Source: Acidobacteriota bacterium (GTDB taxonomy: Bacteria > Acidobacteriota > UBA4820 > DSQY01). From it: DNA of 64,000 bases. The notes beneath the pieces are model-generated. The model did not search any database. It worked only from the letters and a program-made list of their open reading frames with translations, and had not been told where the DNA came from. The position numbers and the translations under genes were made by a program. Every line of letters starts with the position of its first letter. Positions within the stretch are counted from its first letter, which is position 1. The DNA is taken from NCBI GenBank assembly GCA_049967655.1, contig JBMFSH010000007.1:44805-108804 (forward strand). The letters are read 5' to 3'. Shown piece after piece: positions 41,931 to 51,732 of this stretch.

Positions 41931-43334
41931 CTACGAACGGTCGGGCTTCCGCTCTCTGGAATCCGCGCGCTTCCTATGCGCCCATCCCTCGACGATCTTC
42001 TGGGGAGTCCTGGAAATGGCGAGGGCCGAGGCGGGCACGTCCTTGGTCACGGTAGTGCCCGCGCCGATGTAGGCGTCGTCGCCCACCTTCACCGGAGCGA
42101 CCAACTGGGTGTCGCTTCCCACGAAGACCCGCTCCCCCAGGACCGTGGGATGCTTGTTCACCCCGTCGTAGTTGCAGGTGATGGTTCCCGCGCCGATGTT
42201 GGAGCCCTCGCCCACGGTGGCATCGCCCAGGTAGCTCAGATGGTTGGCCTTCACCCGGTCCCCGAGGGAGGCCTTCTTGGTCTCGACGAAGTTCCCGAGG
42301 TGCACGCCGGCGCCTGCTACCGTACCCTCCCTCGTTCTGCAGAAGGGGCCGATGATGCATTCCGGCCCGCACCGCGTGCCCTCGAGCACGCAGTGCTCGC
42401 GCACGAGCGTCCCCTCGCCGATGTGACAGGACCGAAGCACCGAATAGGGCCTCACTTCGACGTTCCGTTCGAGGTGGGTGTGGCCACAGAGGTGAACGCC
42501 CGAATGGAGGAGTACGCCGGGCTCGAGTTGGACCCCCGGCTCGATCCAGACGCTGGAGGGGTCTAGGATGGTGACTCCCTCGGCCATCCAGCCCCCCGTC
42601 AGCTCCCGCCGCAACCGCCCAATGGCGAGCGCAAGCTCCTCCTGCGAGTTGATTCCCCTGTAGAGGTCGGGATCGGAGGCCGCAAAGGCGGCTGCGGGCC
42701 GACCTCTACGCCCCAGCTCCGCCACCACGTCGGTCAGGTAATACTCCCCTTGGGCGTTATCGGTTCGAAGGTCGTCCAGGAGTCCCAAGAGGTCCGGGCT
42801 CCGAAAAAAATAGACGCCGGCGTTGACTTCGCGGATGGATCGCTGAGCCTGGGTCGCGTCCCTCTCCTCGACGATGCCCTCCAGCGTCCCCGCGGCGCCG
42901 CGCAGGATTCGTCCGTAGCCGGCTGGATTGGCCATCTCCAGGGTCACCAGCGCGAGGGGGCGCCCCTCGGCGGAGAAGCTGCTCCAGAAGGCGTCCAATT
43001 CAGGGACGGGCAGAAGGGGAGCGTCCCCGGGCACCAGGAGCACCTCGCAGGGGCCGATCTCTGACAGCGCCGGCCTGCACGCCATGAGGGCGTGGCCGGT
43101 TCCCCGCTGAGGCTCTTGGAGAATGGGGACGGCTTTGAAGGGGGCGAGCAGGGGGGCGACCTGGACGGCCTGGTGGCCCACGACGACCAGGAGCGGTCCG
43201 TCGTGGATCGTCCGAAGGGACCCCAGCAGATGTTCGAGAACCGTTCTCCCCATAAAGGGGTGCAAGACCTTTGCCCTGGGTGACTTCATGCGCGTGCCCT
43301 GCCCGGCGGCCAGCACGATGATGACGCGCTTCAT
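41931..43334 (-). CDS. glmU: Bifunctional UDP-GlcNAc pyrophosphorylase/acetyltransferase
   Basis: LAAGQGTRMKS, EYYLTD, GNFVETK, HLSYLGDA, CNYDG. Confidence 0.97.
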   Translation of the reverse strand: MKRVIIVLAAGQGTRMKSPRAKVLHPFMGRTVLEHLLGSLRTIHDGPLLVVVGHQAVQVAPLLAPFKAVPILQEPQRGTGHALMACRPALSEIGPCEVLLVPGDAPLLPVPELDAFWSSFSAEGRPLALVTLEMANPAGYGRILRGAAGTLEGIVEERDATQAQRSIREVNAGVYFFRSPDLLGLLDDLRTDNAQGEYYLTDVVAELGRRGRPAAAFAASDPDLYRGINSQEELALAIGRLRRELTGGWMAEGVTILDPSSVWIEPGVQLEPGVLLHSGVHLCGHTHLERNVEVRPYSVLRSCHIGEGTLVREHCVLEGTRCGPECIIGPFCRTREGTVAGAGVHLGNFVETKKASLGDRVKANHLSYLGDATVGEGSNIGAGTITCNYDGVNKHPTVLGERVFVGSDTQLVAPVKVGDDAYIGAGTTVTKDVPASALAISRTPQKIVEGWAHRKRADSRERKPDRS

Positions 43335-43390
43335 GACTCCTCCTTGATTCGGCGCGGCTTCAGCAGTTCATGGCGCCGTGGCCGATTCCT

Positions 43391-44665
43391 TCAAGATCTC
43401 TCCTCCGGTCCGTGAACCGGGGAGGACGACCAGGCCACACGGCCCTGGCAGACGACCGCGCGCAGGGGCATCTCTCCGTACGGGTAGAAAAGATGAAGAT
43501 AGGAGGGGACGTCCCATAGCGTCAGGTCCGCCCGCATGCCCACGGCGAGTGATCCGCACTCCTCATGAATCCGGAGCGCGTAGGCCGCATTCAACGTCAG
43601 GGCCCAAAGGGCCTCCTCCGGCATCAGCCCCATGCCGAAGACCGCGAGGGTGGCCACGTTCAGGAGATTGGTCGTGTACGAGGAGCCCGGATTGCAGTCG
43701 GTGGAGAGGGCGACGGGGCAGCCCGCCTCGACGAACTCCCTGGCCGGCGCGTACCTCTTTCGCAGGTAAAAGGAGGTCCCCGGCAGCAGCGTGGCGCACA
43801 CGCCGGCCCGCGCCATGGCGGCAATGCCCTCCGCCGAGGCCGCCATCAGGTGGTCCGCACTGACCGCCCCCACCTCCGCCGCGAGCGCCGCACCGCCGGT
43901 GTCCTCGATCTCGTCGGCGTGCAGTCGTGGCAGGAGTCCGGCCGAACGCCCGGCTATGAGAATCCTGCGGCTCTGCTCCACCGTGAAGGCCCCCTTCTCG
44001 CAGAAGACGTCGCAGAATCTCGCCAGCCCGGCGGCGGCGACGGCAGGGATCATCTCCTCCACGATGAGATCCACGTAGCGGTCGGCTTCTCCCTTGAACT
44101 CGGGAGGAACGAAATGGGCCCCGAGGAAGGTGGGGACCACTCTTTGAGGGCCCCTCTGGTCGAGCCGGCGCAGGACGCGCAGCTGCTTCTCCTCGGCGCC
44201 TGGGTCCAGCCCATAGCCGCTCTTGGCTTCGAAGGTCGTCACTCCATGGCGGAGGAAGCCGCGCGCGGTAGTGCAGGCGGCGGCGAACAGGGCCTCCTCG
44301 CCCGCCTCACGCACGCTTCGCATGGTGCTGAGAATGCCCCCTCCCGCCCGTCCGATCTCCATATAGCTCTTGCCTTCCAGTCTCAATCGGAGTTCGGCCG
44401 AGCGGTCTCCCAGGAAGGGCACGTGGGTATGGGGATCGATCAGGCCCGGGAGGACCGTTCTATTGGTGGCATCCAGGCGCATGGAGGCTGGTGCGTCGGC
44501 CACCTCGGCCCAGGGACCCACGAAGGCGATGCGCCCCTCGCGCACACCCACGGCCGCCTCCGAGCGCGTGGGCAGATCCCGCAAGGCCCGGCCTATCCTG
44601 GGGGCGGGCCCGTCACAGGGGACCAGGCAGCCTATGGGGCCCACGAGCAGGTCGAAAGAGTCCAT
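43391..44665 (-). CDS. hutI: Imidazolonepropionase
   Basis: PGLIDPHTH, GGGILST, EAKSGYGL, HADE, ADHL, TDCNPGSS. Confidence 0.93.
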   Translation of the reverse strand: MDSFDLLVGPIGCLVPCDGPAPRIGRALRDLPTRSEAAVGVREGRIAFVGPWAEVADAPASMRLDATNRTVLPGLIDPHTHVPFLGDRSAELRLRLEGKSYMEIGRAGGGILSTMRSVREAGEEALFAAACTTARGFLRHGVTTFEAKSGYGLDPGAEEKQLRVLRRLDQRGPQRVVPTFLGAHFVPPEFKGEADRYVDLIVEEMIPAVAAAGLARFCDVFCEKGAFTVEQSRRILIAGRSAGLLPRLHADEIEDTGGAALAAEVGAVSADHLMAASAEGIAAMARAGVCATLLPGTSFYLRKRYAPAREFVEAGCPVALSTDCNPGSSYTTNLLNVATLAVFGMGLMPEEALWALTLNAAYALRIHEECGSLAVGMRADLTLWDVPSYLHLFYPYGEMPLRAVVCQGRVAWSSSPVHGPEERS

Positions 44666-45168
44666 CAGCCCTGATCCCGGCCGAAAGAGGCGACGTTCTC
44701 CCTGGCCTTGTTTTCCTCAATGGCCTCCAGGATCGCCTGGGTGCGGTGGAGCAGGTCGCGCAGCGCGCTCACGTGGTGTTCGCGCTCCATCTTCAGGTCC
44801 AGGATGCTGCGATCCACCTGGTGGGCCCTCAACTGTGCCTGCTGCAGGAGCGCCTCACTTCGCGCATGAGCCTCCTGCACGATGCTCTGGGCCTCGCGGG
44901 CGGCCTGGGCCTTGACCTCGTCGGCGAGTTTCTGCGCCGTGTAGAGCGCCTCGCGAAGGAGGTCCTCACGGTGCTTGAACTCGTCCAGTGCCGCCTTCAG
45001 GTGTTCAAGCTCCTGCCCCCGCTGGTGGTTCTCGAGCGTCAAGGCCTGGTACGACTCGGCCACGGTTTGAAGAAATAGGTGTACCTCCTCGGGGTCAAAG
45101 CCTCGGAGCCTTCGATGAAATTCGACCGACTGGATATCGATGGGGGAGAGTGGCTTTCGCATCGTCAT
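44665..45168 (-). CDS. divIVA: DivIVA-domain coiled-coil protein
   Basis: LSPIDIQSVEFHRRLRGFDPEEVHLFL DivIVA N-terminal motif + coiled coil; follows yggS. Confidence 0.9.
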   Translation of the reverse strand: MTMRKPLSPIDIQSVEFHRRLRGFDPEEVHLFLQTVAESYQALTLENHQRGQELEHLKAALDEFKHREDLLREALYTAQKLADEVKAQAAREAQSIVQEAHARSEALLQQAQLRAHQVDRSILDLKMEREHHVSALRDLLHRTQAILEAIEENKARENVASFGRDQG

Positions 45169-45869
45169 GGTGCCCTCCTGGGGCCGAAGAGGGCGGTGCC
45201 TATTCGAACCATCGTCGCACCTTCTTCTACGGCCACTGTAAAATCGTGACTCATCCCCATGGAGAGATGATGGAAGCCGCCCGCCTCCGGAATAGCACGG
45301 CGCACCTCCTCGAAGAGCTCCCGTAACCGCCGGAAGAACGGCCGGCTCGCTTCCGCATTCTTACCGTAAGGTGGAACCCCCATGAGGCCGGTCAGCTTGA
45401 GGCCAGGCAAGGACTGAACCGCCCTCGCCAGAGGGAGGAGCTCTCCGGTTGCCACGCCGCCCTTCTGGGACTCCTCTCCCAAGTTCACCTCAATCATCAC
45501 GTCGCGTTCAAGGCCCTCCTCGCGGGCGATGCGGGAGAGTCGCTGGGCCAGCGAGGGGCTGTCCAGGCTGTCGATGGCCCGAAACGCCAGCAGCGCCTTG
45601 CGAGCCTTGTTGGCCTGAAGCCGTCCGATGAAATGCACCTCCAGGTCTTTTCGCACCTCCGGGGGCAGGGCCTGCAAATGGTCCACGCCCTCCTGGACGC
45701 GATTCTCGCCGATGAGTACTACACCCTCTGAGGCAAGGGCCTGAATCTCCGAGGGAGGACGCGTCTTGACGGCGGCCATGAGACGCACCGCCCCTGCAGG
45801 TCTCCCGGTCCGTTCGGCAGCCGCCTCAATGGCAGCCCGGACAGCAGCGACACGCTCGGCGAGGTCCAA
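45165..45869 (-). CDS. yggS: PLP homeostasis protein (YggS family)
   Basis: GENRVQE, HFIGRLQANK, LSMGMSHD, EGATMVRIGTALFG; TTG start chosen behind a GGAGGAG RBS. Confidence 0.93.
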   Translation of the reverse strand: MDLAERVAAVRAAIEAAAERTGRPAGAVRLMAAVKTRPPSEIQALASEGVVLIGENRVQEGVDHLQALPPEVRKDLEVHFIGRLQANKARKALLAFRAIDSLDSPSLAQRLSRIAREEGLERDVMIEVNLGEESQKGGVATGELLPLARAVQSLPGLKLTGLMGVPPYGKNAEASRPFFRRLRELFEEVRRAIPEAGGFHHLSMGMSHDFTVAVEEGATMVRIGTALFGPRRAP

Positions 45870-46165
45870 CCATTCTCCTCCCTGGCTCGAGGGTAGGTGG
45901 TCGGCCCCCGCCAAGTCAAGACCGGCCATCGTCAGGCCGGCCATCGCCAGGCCTAGCTTTGCCCCCTGCGTCACCGCGCGAATCCCGGGCGCCGCTCGCC
46001 GCAGGGCCCAAACCCCTTGGCGGGTGAAGACCGACTTCCGCGGAAACCACCGTCCATCTCTCTTTCGGCGCCACCACCGCGTCCGATCCCCGAATTTTGG
46101 CCTCCCCCGAGGGTTTGACAGCCACCGGCGACGGTTCCCATACTAAGAGTCTAGGAAGGAGCTCC

Positions 46166-46969
46166 GTGCCCGTGGGAACGACGCTTCGCTACGACGAGGT
46201 TCCGCTGGAAGATTTTCTGCTCGCGTTGCGCCAACACGAACGCGACGTGCGGGTGGGCCACCTCCCCCCCCAACAGCAGCTGAAAGAGGTTTGTCTTGAG
46301 ACGCGATGGACGCCGACCGGTACGACGGAGCCATCGCCGCTGACGGTCTATCTGCTTCAGGAGAGGGATGCATTGAGCGAACAGGTGGAGGTCTTTTTCC
46401 TGCTGCGCGCCCCAAGCGCGCTCGCCCCGCCCCTGCGCGATATGGCCCTCAAGTTCAGGGGCTTTCTACAGAGGAAGCGGGTCCCCTCCCTGTTCAGGAT
46501 CGACCCCCGGTTTGGCTTGGTCTACGGAAGCGCCCTCGACCCTCTGGATGAGACCGTCCGCTGGGACAAGCCCTGGTCCTTCGTAACCCTCTACCTCACG
46601 GAGGATCCCTCCTCTCCCTCTCTGGCCGTGATGGACTACGTCTCACAGAACGCCAGGAAGCGCTATCAGGAGCTCTTCCTGAAGGTCAACCAGGTGGCAC
46701 CCTCCTCGCCCGGCTTTTTGAAGAACGCCTGGAAACGCCTGAGGGGCAGCGGGCAGGAGGAGACCGGCGTACACCGACTGAGTTACCGCCTGGTGGCCCT
46801 GCTCTCCTCGTTCCTGCACAATGAGCCCTGCATCAATGCTACTATTTCCTTGATTTTTAAAGAGTTGCCTGGGGTGGCGGGGGGGGCTGGCCTGCTCGAT
46901 CCCCGCTTCGCCACCTTTTATCCCTCCGGCCACGACCGTTTTTTCGCCTCGCTGGGGGAACTCGCCTGA
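46166..46969 (+). CDS. Hypothetical protein
   Basis: About 267-aa ORF with an AGGAAGGAG RBS; TGATG coupling to the next gene; no recognised motif. Confidence 0.7.
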   Translation: MPVGTTLRYDEVPLEDFLLALRQHERDVRVGHLPPQQQLKEVCLETRWTPTGTTEPSPLTVYLLQERDALSEQVEVFFLLRAPSALAPPLRDMALKFRGFLQRKRVPSLFRIDPRFGLVYGSALDPLDETVRWDKPWSFVTLYLTEDPSSPSLAVMDYVSQNARKRYQELFLKVNQVAPSSPGFLKNAWKRLRGSGQEETGVHRLSYRLVALLSSFLHNEPCINATISLIFKELPGVAGGAGLLDPRFATFYPSGHDRFFASLGELA

Positions 46970-47607
46970 TGCGCGCGCTAGGGATCGGGGCCGCGGCGGC
47001 GCTCGCTCTTTTCTGCTTCTCGGCCCCGCTCAGGGCCATGGAGCTGGTAGTATTTCAATCGGACCGATCGTTGGTGGTGGAAGACTACTCTCAGGACGGG
47101 GACGAGGTGCTGCTGACCCTGCCCGGGGGGGGGCAGCTCGGGGTTCCCCTGCGGACGGTTCGAACCCACTACCCGGGCTACGTGCCCCCCCGGGGGCTTA
47201 CGGATCCGGCCAAAGAGCTGCCCAAGAATCTGCCCTACAGGGAAATCATCGGCAAGTACTGCCAGAAGTACAGCATGGACTGCAAGCTGGTGGCCGCTCT
47301 CATCAAGGTCGAGTCCAATTTCAACGCCTCGGCCGTCTCCCCCAAAGGGGCAGAGGGGCTCATGCAGCTCATGCCCGAAACCCAGCGGGAAGAGGGTGTT
47401 ACCAACCCCTTCGACCCGGAGCAGAACATCCGGGCAGGGGTCCACTACCTCCGCCATCTGCTCGACGCCTTCCAGGGGGATCTCGAACTGACGCTGGCGG
47501 CTTACAACGCCGGCATCCGCCGGGTCCAGGCCGATCAGGCCGTCCCGCCCATAGCCGAAACTCAGCTGTACGTGTTGAAGATTCTGGCGCTTTACCCCAC
47601 GCTCTGA
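46969..47607 (+). CDS. Exported lytic transglycosylase (SLT)
   Basis: Signal peptide; IKVESNF, SPKGAEGLMQLMP, LAAYNAG, ETQLYV. Confidence 0.92.
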   Translation: MRALGIGAAAALALFCFSAPLRAMELVVFQSDRSLVVEDYSQDGDEVLLTLPGGGQLGVPLRTVRTHYPGYVPPRGLTDPAKELPKNLPYREIIGKYCQKYSMDCKLVAALIKVESNFNASAVSPKGAEGLMQLMPETQREEGVTNPFDPEQNIRAGVHYLRHLLDAFQGDLELTLAAYNAGIRRVQADQAVPPIAETQLYVLKILALYPTL

Positions 47608-47621
47608 CGCACGCCGGGAAG

Positions 47622-49874
47622 CTAAGCCTTCTCGTAGAGGTGCGCCATGAGATAGGCCACGGCCTCGGGGGCGCACCGCGGACAGTAGCCGAACCGCTTC
47701 GCGAGTCGCTCCAGCAGGGCCTTGGTTGCCTCTTGGCGGGCGGGGGGCAGCCCCGCGAACGCGGGAGTTCCGTAGGTGGTGACGGCCTGGCCGATCTCTT
47801 GCACCTGGTGGGTGACCCTGGCGTGGAACCCCTTGGACAGCAGCTCGATCTGCGGAGCGAATAGGATGGATAGGTCCAGCGCCTCGCCGGGATTTTCTAT
47901 CGTCCAGGCGGCTACCTGCCCCATGAGATCCTCCCGAAACCGCGGGGCCGAGCCCCCTGCCGCCAGGTACTCCTCCACCTGCTCCATGAGGGCCTCGTTG
48001 GGCTCCTCCCACTGGCCCGTGGCTGCGGACCGCACCTTCTCGCCGCGCAGAAAGGCCCGCACGTGGCGGAAGTAGCGGTCGAACAGGGCCGTGTACTGGC
48101 CCTCCGGAACCAGCTCCATGGCCGCCAGCACCTCCTGGTCCAGCATCCGAAGGTACTCCTCCCGCACCGCGGCCACCGCCGCCTCTGCGTCGTGGTAGCC
48201 CTGGTCCGCCTTGAGTTGGAGGAAGAGGTAGAGGCTCTTGTCCTTGATGAATTCGGCGATCTCTTCGAACAGGAGCGCCGGCGTCAGGCAGCCGTCCGAC
48301 CTCCGATAGACGGCCCCGTAAAGGATTTCCCGCATCTCCCGGGGGGAGGCCCCGAATCGCCCCTCGTAAATGGGGGTGTCGCGGAACTCGTCCCTGAGAT
48401 CCGGCAGGAGCTCTCGCAGCAGCCGCAGCTGCTTCGCCGAATAGCGACCCACCTGCGTGGGAAGGGAGCCGTCGTACAACAAGCCCTTCTCATAAGGGGT
48501 TAAGCCCCCGATAAGGGCGCGGCTCTCTTCCGGGTAGTGGTCGGGCTCGGGGCGGTTGAGGCGCGAGAGGACGGCCCAAAGCGCGGCCAGCTCCGCGACG
48601 TGGGGCGCCACGTGCTTGGTGCGGCCGATCCGCTTAAGGATAGGGCCGTAGATGGCGGCCTCCTTCTTGCGCTCCAGGAGGTAGGGGACGGTCACGAGGA
48701 TCATCCGCCCCTTGAAGGAGGCGAAGTCGGCGGACTGCTTGAAGGCGTCCAGGTGGCGCTCGTTGGACGTGGCGAAGAGAATCTCGTTGAGGTAGACGTT
48801 GGCCGTGGAGAGGGCCAATTCGGAGCGCTCGGTGGCCGCAAGCAGATACTTGTTCAGCTCGGGGGCCCGCGTGAGGAAATCGGAGAACTCCACCAGGCCG
48901 TTGTTGGCGTCGATCAGATCTCCCGAGAGCTGGATCAGGTTCAGGTGCTGGAGCGCGGTCGGAAGGGTGGAGAGGGAGGCGTCCAGCGTCAGCTGCCGGC
49001 TGGAGGCATCGGGCGTGTCCTGGGGAGAGATGACCACCGCGCCCCTGCGGTAGCGGCGCGAGAGGTAGCGTCGCCGGACCTGGACGTGCCGCAGCACCGC
49101 CAACACGTCGCCCGAATATTCCACCATCAAGGCATCGAAGATCTGCTTGCACCGCGGGCAAAGGTTCCCATCCTCCAGGAACTGGCTGGCCACGAACTTG
49201 GGGTGGGGGGCCTTGTCCGGGAGGGAGTCGAGCAGCGCGAGCCGGTCCTCCGGTGGCAGCAGCAGGATGGGGGAATCGCCCAGGTCGCACGGTATCCTGG
49301 CCTCCAGTCGATCGGAGGGCCAGTGGGCGAAGGAGTCGGCCGCCGTCTCACCGCCAGGCCGCGCCGCCTCGTCCCCGCCCATGAACCCCAGGGTGCGGGC
49401 CTCGTCCTCCCTCGGGAAGACCCAGTTGAAGGAGAAAAGGGCCCCCTCCGGCCTTCGGCTGTACTCCTCGCAGCCCCTCATGAGCAGTTCCACGATCAGG
49501 CTCTTGGCGGACCCGCTGGGGCCGTGCAGATGGAACATCCGGTCGGACCGCCCCTCCAGCACAAGGTTTTTCATGGCTTCATAGATGGCGAGGACGGGAA
49601 GTTCCTGCCCCATCAGGGGCTGGTCGGCCGCACATCCGAACGGCGCGTCGAAGAGCTTGAAGCGGGTGACCTCCTCTCCGATCCAGCGGGATTTCTCCGT
49701 GCCGAATGCCTCCATCATGTCCACGACGTATTGCAGGGCGTTGCGCGTCAGCGCGTAGGGATGGGCCGCGAGATCGACCAGGTACTCCTGGAAGGATTTG
49801 ATCTGGTGGCTCTCCGCGAAGGACGCCCTGCTTCGGCTTGACCAGGATTCCAACCAGCCGTCCCAATCCGCCAT
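47622..49874 (-). CDS. prkA: PrkA-family AAA+ serine protein kinase
   Basis: LHGPSGSAKS P-loop, LCPRCKQI, DANNGLVEFSD, YEGRFGASPRE, FGYCPRCA. Confidence 0.85.
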   Translation of the reverse strand: MADWDGWLESWSSRSRASFAESHQIKSFQEYLVDLAAHPYALTRNALQYVVDMMEAFGTEKSRWIGEEVTRFKLFDAPFGCAADQPLMGQELPVLAIYEAMKNLVLEGRSDRMFHLHGPSGSAKSLIVELLMRGCEEYSRRPEGALFSFNWVFPREDEARTLGFMGGDEAARPGGETAADSFAHWPSDRLEARIPCDLGDSPILLLPPEDRLALLDSLPDKAPHPKFVASQFLEDGNLCPRCKQIFDALMVEYSGDVLAVLRHVQVRRRYLSRRYRRGAVVISPQDTPDASSRQLTLDASLSTLPTALQHLNLIQLSGDLIDANNGLVEFSDFLTRAPELNKYLLAATERSELALSTANVYLNEILFATSNERHLDAFKQSADFASFKGRMILVTVPYLLERKKEAAIYGPILKRIGRTKHVAPHVAELAALWAVLSRLNRPEPDHYPEESRALIGGLTPYEKGLLYDGSLPTQVGRYSAKQLRLLRELLPDLRDEFRDTPIYEGRFGASPREMREILYGAVYRRSDGCLTPALLFEEIAEFIKDKSLYLFLQLKADQGYHDAEAAVAAVREEYLRMLDQEVLAAMELVPEGQYTALFDRYFRHVRAFLRGEKVRSAATGQWEEPNEALMEQVEEYLAAGGSAPRFREDLMGQVAAWTIENPGEALDLSILFAPQIELLSKGFHARVTHQVQEIGQAVTTYGTPAFAGLPPARQEATKALLERLAKRFGYCPRCAPEAVAYLMAHLYEKA

Positions 49875-49981
49875 GGGAGCCTCCTCACCTACTAGCGTAG
49901 TCTCCGCGCGTGGACCGCGCAAGAAATGAACCGTGCTTTGTTCCGCGGCCCCGCCGGGATACAATCCGCCAGGAGGTGGCG

Positions 49982-51088
49982 GTGGGTGGAGGTGCGGCTC
50001 CCTGCGACTCGGTGCACCTCAACACGGAACTGGGCTTTCGTGGCGGAGAGGTGCAGAACCTCGGACTCGTGCGCCATCTAGAGGGGGCTGGGCTTCCCTG
50101 CATCCTGGTGGCCCACGCGCGGGGACCTCTCCTCGCCAAGGCGAGGGCGGAGGGTCTTCGGACCGTCGCGTGGCACCCCCGCGGAGAGCTCGATCCCTTC
50201 GCCGTCTGGCAGCTCAGGCGACTCCTGCGCGAAGCCAGGCCCCGAATCCTGCACGCCCACACCGCTCACGCGCTGACCCTGGCGCTTTTGGCGGCCAGAG
50301 GTCTGCCGGGGCTGAATCTGGTGGCGAGCCGGCGGGTCTCCTTCCCCCTGCGCACCCCGCTTTCCCGATGGAAATACAGCAGGCCGAGGGCGGTGGTCGC
50401 CGTAAGCGGCGAAGTCGGGGAAGAGCTCATCCGCGGCGGGCTCTCCGAAGAGAGGGTGCGCATCATTCACAGCGGCGTGGATCTTGCCCGCTTCCGCGCG
50501 CTGCCCTTGAAGGAGGAGGTGCGCCAAAGCCTCGGTCTGCCGGTTGCGGCCGAAGTCGTGGGCGTGGTGGGGGCCCTCGTGCCCCACAAGGGACACCGGG
50601 TGCTGCTGGAGGCCCTCGGCGCCTGGCCCGCGGGCGAGGGGAAGCCGGCCCTGCTCCTGGTGGGCGAGGGACCCCTGAAGAGGGAGCTGGCCTCCGCGGC
50701 CAAACGGATGGGGGTTACCACCACCTTTCTGGGCTACGTGGAGGAGCCCGCGCCGCTCTACGGCGCACTCGACGCGCTGGTGCTTCCTTCCCTCTCGGGC
50801 GAAGGCTCGCCCGGTGTGATCAAGGAGGCGGCAGCCGCCGGTGTCCCCGTGGTGGCAACCGACGTGGGCGGAACGGCCGAAATCCTGAGGCCGGACAGGG
50901 AGGCGCTCCTGGTCCCCCCCGGAGATCCGACGTCCATGAGAGACGCCCTCGCCCGGGTGTTTCGAGAGCCCGGCTTGGGGGAATCCCTCAGGGAGTCGGC
51001 CCGCAGGCGGGTCCAGGACTTCAGCATGGAGGCCATGGGGCGGGCCCACGAGCGGCTCTACGAGGAGCTGACCTCAGCCCGCCCATGA
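49982..51088 (+). CDS. Glycosyltransferase family 4
   Basis: RGGEVQ, ILHAHT, VIKEAAAAGVPVVATDVGG. Confidence 0.9.
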   Translation: MGGGAAPCDSVHLNTELGFRGGEVQNLGLVRHLEGAGLPCILVAHARGPLLAKARAEGLRTVAWHPRGELDPFAVWQLRRLLREARPRILHAHTAHALTLALLAARGLPGLNLVASRRVSFPLRTPLSRWKYSRPRAVVAVSGEVGEELIRGGLSEERVRIIHSGVDLARFRALPLKEEVRQSLGLPVAAEVVGVVGALVPHKGHRVLLEALGAWPAGEGKPALLLVGEGPLKRELASAAKRMGVTTTFLGYVEEPAPLYGALDALVLPSLSGEGSPGVIKEAAAAGVPVVATDVGGTAEILRPDREALLVPPGDPTSMRDALARVFREPGLGESLRESARRRVQDFSMEAMGRAHERLYEELTSARP

Positions 51089-51118
51089 ACCTAAGGCGCC
51101 GCGGCCTTCGGGGGTCCT

Positions 51119-51712
51119 TCAGCGAAGGGCGCTCCGATCCCACCGGCAGTTGGGGAACTCGCGCCGCAGGAAGCGAAAGAGCTCCCGCCGGTCGAGCGGC
51201 GCGGTGAAGCAGTACTGGACCCCCGAGTTTTCGGCCTCTTCGAGAACCTTCACCGAGGCGTTTTGGGTCACTCCGACAAGTTTGACGTGAGAGGTGTCGG
51301 GCCCCTCACGGAGCCGGCGGCAGATGGAGAGACCGTCCCAGGCGCGGGCATCCAGGTCCACCAGCAGGAGGTGCGGGTCGAACGAGGCGATCAGAAGGCC
51401 GCCATCGAAGGCCGAGGCGGTCAGGGTGACCTGGAGGTCTTCGGACCAGAGTTCGATCTCCCGGAGCTCCTTCAGGAGCCTCTCCTCGGCGAGGGCGAGG
51501 AGCCGCCTCCGGCCCGATGGAACATCTTCCGGCAGGGGCATGTGATGGGCGAGCAGGAAGGCGTCCAGATCCTGGCGACGGATTCGCCGATGCCCACCCG
51601 GCGTGGTGTAGGCCGGAAGCCGGTTGGTATTGATCCAGTGGCGAATGGTGTAAGGGCTGACCTGGCAATAACGCCCCGCCTGCCACGTGGTCAATACGCT
51701 CGTGCGAGACAT
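51119..51712 (-). CDS. Excisionase-type HTH fused to an atypical receiver domain
   Basis: LTTWQAGRYCQVSPYTIRHW...TPGGHRRI; receiver-like PHLLLVDL...DGLSICRRL; alternative GTG start at 51736. Confidence 0.85.
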   Translation of the reverse strand: MSRTSVLTTWQAGRYCQVSPYTIRHWINTNRLPAYTTPGGHRRIRRQDLDAFLLAHHMPLPEDVPSGRRRLLALAEERLLKELREIELWSEDLQVTLTASAFDGGLLIASFDPHLLLVDLDARAWDGLSICRRLREGPDTSHVKLVGVTQNASVKVLEEAENSGVQYCFTAPLDRRELFRFLRREFPNCRWDRSALR

Positions 51713-51732
51713 GGTGGGATTCCGGGCCTCCC

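Noticed and set aside
45870..45974. YggS N-terminal extension with a 15-bp tandem repeat (MAGLTMAGL)
   Set aside because: A better TTG start with an RBS at 45869 gives normal YggS length; the two-copy repeat is too short to interpret
51119..51712. Excisionase HTH as evidence of a prophage
   Set aside because: Fused to a receiver domain, with no integrase or phage genes nearby
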